Part shown: one piece after another, positions 38,906 through 46,804 of the stretch | Numbering within the stretch: position 1 is the first letter of the stretch | How the letters are laid out: the number at the start of each line of letters is the position of its first letter | DNA from: Candidatus Levyibacteriota bacterium | GTDB taxonomy: Bacteria > Patescibacteriota > Microgenomatia > Levybacterales > UBA12049 | Length of the DNA: 64,000 nucleotides | Assembly (NCBI GenBank): GCA_003152105.1 | Contig: PLZJ01000002.1 | Coordinates: 108,257 to 172,256, forward strand | Direction of reading: 5' to 3' | The notes under the pieces: generated by a model | Told to the model about the DNA's origin: nothing | Database searches by the model: none | What the model saw: the letters and a program-made list of their open reading frames with translations, nothing else | Made by a program: the position numbers and the translations under genes

Positions 38906-39534
38906 ATGACCAAAAACAACACTGGAATCAACTGCATTCGCAAGGGGCAATTAAAGATTATGCTAAAAAGCAAACAGATTTTGCAGAAGAAGTTAGTAAA
39001 ACTTTTCCTGCATCGGCAGCGGTTCTTGAGTTAGGTTGTGGATTAGGTAATGATAGTTTTTTCTTTGCAAAAAAGGGACATGCTGTAATATCAACTGATT
39101 TTTCAGAAACAGTAATAGAACAAAATCAAAAACACTATCAAAAACAACAAAACTTGAGCTTTCAAGTTATTGATATGAGTAAGCTGCTTCCTTTTAATGA
39201 CGTTCAATTTGATGTCATCTATGCAAGACTTTCGCTTCACTATTTTACCGATACCATAACAAAACAATTATTTACTGAGATTCATAGAATACTCAAAAAT
39301 GGAGGATTACTCTGCTTTATCTGCAAATCTATTGATGATTCATTATATGGTCAGGGTGAACAAATTGAAAAAGATATGTTTCAATTCAATGGTCATATAC
39401 GACACTTTTTCAGCGAAGAGTACGCCAAAGAATGTTTAACTGATGAGTACAAGATTAAGGTATTAGAGACTGGTGAAGAAGATTTTTATGGTAAACAGTC
39501 TGCTTTTGTAAAGGTTGTTGCTCAAAAGATTTAA
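38902..39534 (+). CDS. class I SAM-dependent methyltransferase
   Basis: VLELGCGLG, TDFS, FDVIYARLSLHYF, RILKNGG. Confidence 0.92.
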   Translation: MNDQKQHWNQLHSQGAIKDYAKKQTDFAEEVSKTFPASAAVLELGCGLGNDSFFFAKKGHAVISTDFSETVIEQNQKHYQKQQNLSFQVIDMSKLLPFNDVQFDVIYARLSLHYFTDTITKQLFTEIHRILKNGGLLCFICKSIDDSLYGQGEQIEKDMFQFNGHIRHFFSEEYAKECLTDEYKIKVLETGEEDFYGKQSAFVKVVAQKI

Positions 39535-39537
39535 CGG

Positions 39538-40575
39538 ATGAAAAAATATGTTTTTAAGCCATATAACCCAATCTTCCCAATACTTTTTGAGAAAGAAAAA
39601 CTACGTTTACAAAAGTATTTAACTGGAAGCTATCAAATTGAGCATATTGGCAGTACGGCAATCCCAAAACTTGGTGGAAAAGGAATTATTGATATTTATA
39701 TCGCTGTACCAAAAGGTCAAATGAAGCAAACCTCTCAGGAGATACAACAAGCTGGTTATGAGTTTAGAATGCAAGCGAGTAAAATGCACCATCACTTATT
39801 CCACAGAATTTATCTACCAGATGACTTAGAAGGAATAAGAACGTATCATGTGCATATAACCTATCCTGAACAACAGGACTGGATAAATACTCTTGCGTTT
39901 CGGGATTACCTACGGACACATCCACAAGACGTAAAAGAATACGCTGAAATCAAAAAGAAAGCAGCCACAGAAGCAAACGAAGATAAAGATGCTTATATGA
40001 CAATAAAATCCCCTATGATGCAAGAGATTCTTCAAAAAGCTCTAGCATCATATGTGTCAAAATCATTAGTAAACCAGCTAACCAATCTAATATCACCTGA
40101 ACTTTGTATAAACAATAAAATGTATGAGGATTTTCTTGCCCTGATAAAAGAAGGTAAATTAACAAGAGAAGAAAATCCTGAGAACCATTGTTGTGTTTTC
40201 TTTATTCCCTATAACCCACAGACAAAACAGATTTTTATTGTTCATCATAAGAAAGCTAAGCAGTGGGTTGTACCAGGTGGACACATTGAAAAAGGAGAAA
40301 TACTGGAAGACGCTGTAAAGCGTGAAGCAAACGAGGAATTAGGAATAAAAATAGAAAAAGTAGTAAAACCATTCTTATTTTCCATTATGTATATCCATAA
40401 TGAAGGACAGCTTTGCAAAGCTCATCACGATATTTGGTATCTAATACCAACGAAAGATAAACTAAACATAGATTTTACCGAGTTTAATGACGTGAAATGG
40501 GCAACTATTTCAGAAGCAAGAAAGATAATTACGCATAAAACGTATTTACAGGCTATTGAAAGGATTGAAAAATAA
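39538..40575 (+). CDS. GrpB/UPF0157 nucleotidyltransferase-fold domain fused to NUDIX
   Basis: IEHIGSTAIP...KGIIDI...FRDYLR...YAEIK; C-terminal PGGHIEKGE...REANEELG. Confidence 0.88.
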   Translation: MKKYVFKPYNPIFPILFEKEKLRLQKYLTGSYQIEHIGSTAIPKLGGKGIIDIYIAVPKGQMKQTSQEIQQAGYEFRMQASKMHHHLFHRIYLPDDLEGIRTYHVHITYPEQQDWINTLAFRDYLRTHPQDVKEYAEIKKKAATEANEDKDAYMTIKSPMMQEILQKALASYVSKSLVNQLTNLISPELCINNKMYEDFLALIKEGKLTREENPENHCCVFFIPYNPQTKQIFIVHHKKAKQWVVPGGHIEKGEILEDAVKREANEELGIKIEKVVKPFLFSIMYIHNEGQLCKAHHDIWYLIPTKDKLNIDFTEFNDVKWATISEARKIITHKTYLQAIERIEK

Positions 40576-40579
40576 CAAT

Positions 40580-41299
40580 ATGCAAATTAAAGTTGTTTCT
40601 TGGAACATTTGGCAAGGGTATCACCTGAAAGAAGTAATCTCCTTCTTAACGAAGAGTAATGCTGATGTGATAGGTTTGCAGGAAGTCATAGAAAAAGATG
40701 GAACAAATATCGCTGCTGTTATTGCAAAGGAGCTTAGTTATGAATGTGCCTACCATAGAGCAATTGATAAGACACGACTAGGATTTCCACAAGGCAATGC
40801 AATTTTAAGTAAATATCCGATAGAAAAGAGTATACCTCACATGCTTAGTGATATGAGCTTCTACAAAGACACAGCAGAAACAGAGCCACGACTTGCAGTA
40901 GAAGCAAAAATTAACATAAAAGATAAATTACTTACTGTCTTTACAGTTCATCTTGCGTATTCTCACAAATTTCAAAATTCAGAAATGCGGAATTTGCAGG
41001 TAGACAATTTAATCAAACTACTTTCCGACACAAGAACAGTCCTTATTGGTGATTTCAATTCTCATCCAGACAGTTCATACATGGCAAAGTTAAGCGATGT
41101 TATGGTTAATACTGACAAGGATTTAACAACTCCAACGTGGACAATTTACCCATTTGACTACGAAGGATTTAAGGAGACTGAACTGAGGCATAGATTGGAT
41201 TATATTTTCGTCAGTAAGGATATAAAAGTAGATTCATTCAAAGTTGAAGACTCCAAAGGCTCAGACCACTTACCAATATCTTCAATAATAGAAATGTAA
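40580..41299 (+). CDS. endonuclease/exonuclease/phosphatase (EEP) family protein
   Basis: SWNI, GLQEV, GNAILSKYP, GDFN, LDYIF, SDHLP. Confidence 0.92.
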   Translation: MQIKVVSWNIWQGYHLKEVISFLTKSNADVIGLQEVIEKDGTNIAAVIAKELSYECAYHRAIDKTRLGFPQGNAILSKYPIEKSIPHMLSDMSFYKDTAETEPRLAVEAKINIKDKLLTVFTVHLAYSHKFQNSEMRNLQVDNLIKLLSDTRTVLIGDFNSHPDSSYMAKLSDVMVNTDKDLTTPTWTIYPFDYEGFKETELRHRLDYIFVSKDIKVDSFKVEDSKGSDHLPISSIIEM

Positions 41300-41331
41300 T
41301 TCCTCATTAACGATACACAACTTTACCTCAA

Positions 41332-42588
41332 ATGATATACTTGTCTACGCACGATATGAAAATAAGTTATTCTTGGGAAGAAACAGAAACCCTATGGCAA
41401 TCCCGCTACGAAACTCTAGCGCAAGAAGCAGGTATTTCTTCTGATACATTAAGAGCTTCTAGGGCACAATTATTAGTTGCGTTTGGCGAAGTCTGGTTAA
41501 AACAAGAATATGAAAAATCCAAGAAAACTTCTAAACCACTCCACGAAATGTTAAAACCAAGTCTTGTTGGAATGCTTTCCAACCCAGTCATCAATAACGC
41601 AGTCCAAATTGTTGAGTTAGCAAAATACCTTACTGTCCTGAGAGACCAAGAGAAACTGAATGAAACATTAACAATGCTCAAAGCACAGTTTGAAGCAGCA
41701 AGATTAAATATAGCGGTGGCATACAGGCTTCATAAAGTTGGATTTGAAGAATTGTCCATAGAGCCAGACTCTCCCAGAGGTAAAGGCGATGTAAAAGGCA
41801 AGTTTCTTAACGTGCCATTTTTCTTTGAATGTTCCATTATTGAGGAAAAGAATTTAGAGTTCTTGTTTCAGAGCCTTCTTGAAGAAAGGCTATCAAAAGG
41901 AATGAAAGATCAAGCATTACAAGTTGGCTTTGAGGTAGAATTCGTTAAAGCAGTTGATGCGACTGGCATTAACGAGACAGTTGAAGCAGTCAAACAAGCA
42001 AGACATATCTTTGGCAAACAGGAGAAACTTTTCGATACTCCTTTCAAATCCTCTGTAGCAAGAGGGAAAGTTTTCCGCTTACAAGAAGAGCATAAAAAGT
42101 CACCTCCCGATATGGAGAAATGGGATGCTGTCTTTTCATTAAGCTATGAAACTCCTGTGGAAACGAGAAACATTTACACAATTGACCTTGACGTTCCACA
42201 TAATGCTACTGGACGACTGTTTATAAAAGGGCTTCATTCTGCTCAACAACAAAAATCCATGTATGAACGAATGAAAGCGAAGTTGGAAGAAAAAATAGTA
42301 CAGACGCACAATGTGCCAGACAAAAAAATCTTTGTAATAATGACGGAAAAAAGAATAGAGGGTTTTAGCTGGAAAGACATATGGAAAAGCATGGAGTCAA
42401 ACCTAAAAACTAGACCAAACATCGCTGGCGTGTTCTTTGTAGATAGGCGACAAACAGAACTGGATGGTAAAATGAGATTTGCATATCCGCTTGCATTTTT
42501 CGTTAACATCTATGGCGACATGCCTGAATTACATCCATTGTTCGAGAATCTGAAAAAACTAGAGAGGAGTGATTGGTTAGCAGCATGA
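41332..42588 (+). CDS. hypothetical protein, possible PD-(D/E)XK-like nuclease
   Basis: 418 aa; IEPD...GDV...FFECS resembles a degenerate restriction-fold motif. Confidence 0.6.
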   Translation: MIYLSTHDMKISYSWEETETLWQSRYETLAQEAGISSDTLRASRAQLLVAFGEVWLKQEYEKSKKTSKPLHEMLKPSLVGMLSNPVINNAVQIVELAKYLTVLRDQEKLNETLTMLKAQFEAARLNIAVAYRLHKVGFEELSIEPDSPRGKGDVKGKFLNVPFFFECSIIEEKNLEFLFQSLLEERLSKGMKDQALQVGFEVEFVKAVDATGINETVEAVKQARHIFGKQEKLFDTPFKSSVARGKVFRLQEEHKKSPPDMEKWDAVFSLSYETPVETRNIYTIDLDVPHNATGRLFIKGLHSAQQQKSMYERMKAKLEEKIVQTHNVPDKKIFVIMTEKRIEGFSWKDIWKSMESNLKTRPNIAGVFFVDRRQTELDGKMRFAYPLAFFVNIYGDMPELHPLFENLKKLERSDWLAA

Positions 42589-43124
42589 TAGAAGACAAAG
42601 GAAAAAGATTGGCGAGGTTTCAAAATGGTTCACCGATAGAAATTATAGAAACACTTCTCAATTCTATTGCAAACTTTTATAATGGGGAAATTGACCAAGC
42701 TGCAAGTTCTCAACTCTGGCTATTGGTGATATTAGGTATCCATTCAGTAGCTTTAACTATTTCAGAAGGCATTTTTGACAAAAAAGGGTTAACTGGATTT
42801 ACTTTCTTTTTAGAAAACTTTATGGATGAAGACAAGGAAGGTTTTAAGTTTTCAGAGATAGCAAAACAAATACACAATTACAGAAATGTTGTTGCCCACC
42901 ATTGGTTATCTGCTTCTGGATATGATTTTGGCATAGACGGAGGTATGACAAAAGGATGGGAAGAAAGAGAGAATGTTATTTACTTCAATCCAAAGGTATA
43001 TTACGAGACTTTCAAAAACGCATTTGGTGGTGGCGGAAAAATTTGGGACTACAGACAGTTGCTTTCTCCCGAAGAATTGGAAACAGTAAAGGCAAGGTTA
43101 TTAAAGAAATACGAAACCCGATAA
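42585..43124 (+). CDS. HEPN-like domain protein
   Basis: RNVVAH (R-x4-H) in a helical protein of about 180 aa; ATGA coupling to the upstream gene. Confidence 0.55.
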   Translation: MIEDKGKRLARFQNGSPIEIIETLLNSIANFYNGEIDQAASSQLWLLVILGIHSVALTISEGIFDKKGLTGFTFFLENFMDEDKEGFKFSEIAKQIHNYRNVVAHHWLSASGYDFGIDGGMTKGWEERENVIYFNPKVYYETFKNAFGGGGKIWDYRQLLSPEELETVKARLLKKYETR

Positions 43125-43286
43125 AACTGTTGGCGTATTATATATTAAGCATAATTTGGGATATAATACTGTTGGGAAGCTGGTAATTGTGCGTAAAAAG
43201 CTCGAACATCGTCTACGAGCTTCCGCTATATCATTTAAAAATTTGTTTAAAAGAAAATAATTTCAATTTTAAAACTTAATAATCGT

Positions 43287-43712
43287 ATGAAACAACTTAT
43301 AAGTGCAGGTGGCGTAGTATTTACTAAAAAAGATGGCAATTTATGCATATTGATTGCACAACATGCTTCTCATCATGGATGGGTATTCCCAAAAGGTTTA
43401 GTTGGAGATCATATCGCATCAGAAAGTAAAGAACATACAGCTATTCGAGAGGTACAAGAAGAAACAGGCATTACTGGAAAAATTCTCCATACTCTTACTC
43501 CAATTTCTTATTCATACACTGATAAGGAAGATCATATAAATAAAACTGTTTATTATTATGTTATGCAATTTGTAAGCGGAGATATACGTAATCACGATGC
43601 TGAAATGGAAAATGTTGAATGGATTAATAGCTCTAAAGTTTTGGAGAAATTGACATTCAAATCAGACAAAAAAGTTTGGCTTGAAGCTGCTAAAATTATT
43701 AACCAAGCGTAA
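43287..43712 (+). CDS. NUDIX hydrolase (Ap4A hydrolase-like)
   Basis: SAGGVV, WVFPKG, AIREVQEETG. Confidence 0.9.
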   Translation: MKQLISAGGVVFTKKDGNLCILIAQHASHHGWVFPKGLVGDHIASESKEHTAIREVQEETGITGKILHTLTPISYSYTDKEDHINKTVYYYVMQFVSGDIRNHDAEMENVEWINSSKVLEKLTFKSDKKVWLEAAKIINQA

Positions 43713-43715
43713 TTG

Positions 43716-43802
43716 CGGAGAGGGCGGGATTTGAACCCGCGATACCTTTACAGGTATACAGCTTTTCCAAAGCTGCGCACTAGGCCACTATGCGACCCCT
43801 CC
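43716..43802 (-). tRNA. tRNA-Ser(GGA)
   Basis: Reverse complement GGAGGGGTCGCATAGTGGCCTAGTGCG-CAGCT-TT-GGA-AA-AGCTG...GGTTCAAATCCCGCCCTCTCCG. Confidence 0.95.
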
Positions 43803-43867
43803 AGTGTTTCTCATTATATAAATCGTAAGTTCTTTTGTAAACAATCCTTATCCTTTATACTATACGC

Positions 43868-45049
43868 GTGTATCTTAAAAAGAATCTTAAAAATATAGCA
43901 CAATATTATGTTTCCAATTTAATTGGTGGACGGAAAAATACTAGTGATTGGGAATTTGAAAAATATGGATTAAAAACTGAAGTGATTCAAAATAAACAAT
44001 TAGCTCTTGAATTAGAAAACGCATGCCAAAAGGATGGATATCTATTATTTTCAGAATTTTTACAAATTGATCAACACGGTAAATATGGATATCATTTAAA
44101 TAATAAATGGCATGGCGAACAACAACTATATAGGTACTGGGGCAAGGCTATTGCAAAGTTATGTCAATATGAACCCATAGAAAGGGTTTTAGATTTTGGG
44201 GCAGGTAATGGAGATTTGGGTATTGCAGTAATTGATGAAGCAAGAAAATTACACTATAAAATAATCTGGAGCGGAATCGAAATTAATGGAAATTTAATAA
44301 GTACGATTCGTCAAGCATTTAAGCGCAAAAAATATGAAGAAAACTTACTCCAAATATCTCCTTCAATTAATAAAATCTTGTCCAGTTCAAAAAAGAGTTT
44401 ACTCGTCTTTTCATATAGTCTAGATAATCTTGCACCCGAAATGTTTATCAATGAAAATCAAGATTTACATTACCCCACTAATCTAATGGGAGTAACAGTT
44501 AAAAATGGAGTTGTAAACGAAATAATATTAACAAATGAACAGCTTTTAAAAAAGAAAATTCAATATAAGAATGGTGTTTTATCGCAAAATGGAACTTCCT
44601 ATAATCTTCATGGCTGGAAATTAACGCACCTACAACGCGCTTGCATCCCAATAACAGCTGCTAAAATACTCCTGCAATCAAGCAAGAAAGTAAAACAAAA
44701 CTCAATGCTTCTTATTATTGACGAATTTTCTGAGCCAAATTATGCAAGAAACGAAAAACACTTGAATTTTCCTAAAGATTTAACTGTATTTGACCGAATA
44801 TTTAAGAATACAACAAAACTTTATAATCAAGCAGGAAATAATCTATTGTACTATCCGACCTACCTGTTAGCTTACGAAAGCATATTACAGTCGCTTGGAT
44901 ACACTCAACTGCAAATTGATAATGAGCGTACATTAGCAAATATACTCGCAAAAAAACACATAATCCAAAATATTCCCGGACTTTGCTTTGGCATCTTAGC
45001 GAAAAAAACCTCAAAAACAGTAAATCCAATTACTATTAAAGCCTATTAA
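43868..45049 (+). CDS. SAM-dependent methyltransferase (MidA/NDUFAF7-like)
   Basis: VLDFGAGNGDLG, GIEIN; N-terminal FSEFL...YGYH. Confidence 0.6.
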   Translation: MYLKKNLKNIAQYYVSNLIGGRKNTSDWEFEKYGLKTEVIQNKQLALELENACQKDGYLLFSEFLQIDQHGKYGYHLNNKWHGEQQLYRYWGKAIAKLCQYEPIERVLDFGAGNGDLGIAVIDEARKLHYKIIWSGIEINGNLISTIRQAFKRKKYEENLLQISPSINKILSSSKKSLLVFSYSLDNLAPEMFINENQDLHYPTNLMGVTVKNGVVNEIILTNEQLLKKKIQYKNGVLSQNGTSYNLHGWKLTHLQRACIPITAAKILLQSSKKVKQNSMLLIIDEFSEPNYARNEKHLNFPKDLTVFDRIFKNTTKLYNQAGNNLLYYPTYLLAYESILQSLGYTQLQIDNERTLANILAKKHIIQNIPGLCFGILAKKTSKTVNPITIKAY

Positions 45050-45103
45050 AATAGCTGATATTTTCTTGACATTTATTACATTTTACTTCACACTTAATCA
45101 AGT

Positions 45104-46801
45104 ATGAAACTCCGTGCCCTGCTCATATTATCCTTATTTATTGGCATTTTTTCTTTTTTCGCCTCCGGAGGACCAGCATTTGCGCAACAAGACTCTTCAT
45201 TTGCAAATCCTTCACAGAATAATCCATATTTACAACTTAATTTAGATAATAATGTTCCAAAAAATTTCCACACCTTCACACAAAGCTTAGTTCTTGAACT
45301 TCTGTCTAGTTCAACATGTTTAATTGCTGGCGTAGATGCATCAAACCCTAAGCAAGGTTGTTTAGGCACAAATCCTAAAACAGGAAAAATAGGATACGTT
45401 AAAAATGGAGGAGCTATTGAAGCAATGGGAACAATGGTTGGCTCACTCTATACCCCAACAGTTTCTTCCGGTGATTATATTGGATATTTAAATAAAAATT
45501 TTCAGGTAAAAAGTGCTTATGCGGCTACAGGTAGCTATGGGTTTAATGGCTTACTTCCTTACTTAAATGTATGGGTAGTTTTTAGAAACCTTGCGTACTT
45601 AGTTTTTGTCATATTATTTGTGGTGGTAGGATTCGCAATCATGCTAAGGCTAAAAATTGACCCACGTACCGTAATGACTATACAAAATCAGATTCCAAAA
45701 CTTATTGTATCCATACTTCTGGTAACTTTTTCTTATGCAATTGCAGGACTACTTATAGATTTAATGTGGACAAGCACGTTTTTGGTGATCAATATCTTCC
45801 ATGAAGCTCAACCTGCAATCAGCTCAACAGACGCATACAACAATATTGATAATCAACCTTTTGGATTTGTGAATGCTGCAGCTGTCCCAAACGGAGGGAA
45901 TATAGTTAGTCTTGCTGGACAAGGAGCTGGGGACGCAAAAGACGTCATCATTAGCATGTTTTCAAATAGCAGTCCAATTGTAAAACAGGGCACCGTTTTA
46001 AATGGAGGCACTATTCTAGGAGGTGCTGCAGTAGGTGCCGCTGGAGGAGCAGCAATAGGCGCAGGAATAGGAGCTTTTGCTTTTGGAGCAGGAGCTATAC
46101 CTGGAGCCGTAATTGGAGGTTTGGTTGGTGCAATTGGAGGAGGCCTTTTTGGAGCTGCAAATGGAGGCGTGAATGTTAATGCACTTGTTGGAAATGTTCT
46201 GACATTTATAATTGGCTACGTTATTTCTATTCTTGTATTTCTTGTATTGATGGTGGCACTTCTAGTTGCTCTTTTTAGATTGTGGTTTACCTTATTAAAA
46301 GCGTATGTGTTTGTACTAATTGGAGTTGTTCTATCCCCTTTATGGTTCTTAATCGGCACTTTGCCTGGAAAAAATGGATTTAATATGTGGCTAAAGTTTA
46401 TGCTGGGTAATCTGGCTGCATTCCCTGCAGCTGTAGCAATGCTACTGATGGGTAAATTATTTATGGTTTCTGGAGCTTATGGTGCAACATTTGTACCTCC
46501 TCTTATTGGAGATCCAAATGGTGCTTCTTTTTTGCCACTTGTCGGCATAGGATTTATATTAGCTACTCCAGGCGTAGTTGAGCTAACAAAATCAGTTATG
46601 AGCGGAAAAGGACCACAAGGCATTCCAGGTCTCGGAGGATCACTAAAATCAGGGCTTGCTGCACCAAGTAGAATACTAAGTGGAGGCGTCTCTTACTTTA
46701 CCAACCCACACTACAGTAGCAAAGGAGGCACAGACAAGAAAGGTGGCATTGTTTATCCAGGATCGATGTTCACCCGTCTATTTGGAGCTTTTAAAAGATA
46801 A
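45104..46801 (+). CDS. VirB6/TrbL-like polytopic membrane protein with glycine zipper
   Basis: W..FRNLAY, LLVTFSYAIAGLLIDL, long GxxxG run, multiple TM helices; precedes the pilin/VirB4 genes. Confidence 0.6.
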   Translation: MKLRALLILSLFIGIFSFFASGGPAFAQQDSSFANPSQNNPYLQLNLDNNVPKNFHTFTQSLVLELLSSSTCLIAGVDASNPKQGCLGTNPKTGKIGYVKNGGAIEAMGTMVGSLYTPTVSSGDYIGYLNKNFQVKSAYAATGSYGFNGLLPYLNVWVVFRNLAYLVFVILFVVVGFAIMLRLKIDPRTVMTIQNQIPKLIVSILLVTFSYAIAGLLIDLMWTSTFLVINIFHEAQPAISSTDAYNNIDNQPFGFVNAAAVPNGGNIVSLAGQGAGDAKDVIISMFSNSSPIVKQGTVLNGGTILGGAAVGAAGGAAIGAGIGAFAFGAGAIPGAVIGGLVGAIGGGLFGAANGGVNVNALVGNVLTFIIGYVISILVFLVLMVALLVALFRLWFTLLKAYVFVLIGVVLSPLWFLIGTLPGKNGFNMWLKFMLGNLAAFPAAVAMLLMGKLFMVSGAYGATFVPPLIGDPNGASFLPLVGIGFILATPGVVELTKSVMSGKGPQGIPGLGGSLKSGLAAPSRILSGGVSYFTNPHYSSKGGTDKKGGIVYPGSMFTRLFGAFKR

Positions 46802-46804
46802 AAA

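Larger units (their letters stand above)
29457..43226. mobile_element. ~13.8-kb integrative, satellite-like element inserted at the 3' end of tRNA-Ser(CGA)
   Basis: Serine recombinase abutting the tRNA; primase-like, small and regulatory genes plus a cargo operon; shared TCCGC core at 29457-29461 and 43222-43226, whose joining keeps the recombinase in frame. Confidence 0.75.

Noticed and set aside
43716-43802. tRNA-Ser(GGA) as the second att site of the island
   Set aside because: It is a complete, different isoacceptor in inverted orientation; the direct-orientation core at 43222-43226 fits better.
43713-43898. 61-aa ORF MRRGRDLNPR..., similar to the recombinase C-terminus
   Set aside because: It is the antisense translation of tRNA-Ser(GGA); the similarity only reflects conserved tRNA T-arms.
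46000-46170. Repetitive GGAG/GCAG-rich DNA
   Set aside because: Explained by the Gly/Ala zipper coding sequence; not a CRISPR or tandem DNA repeat.
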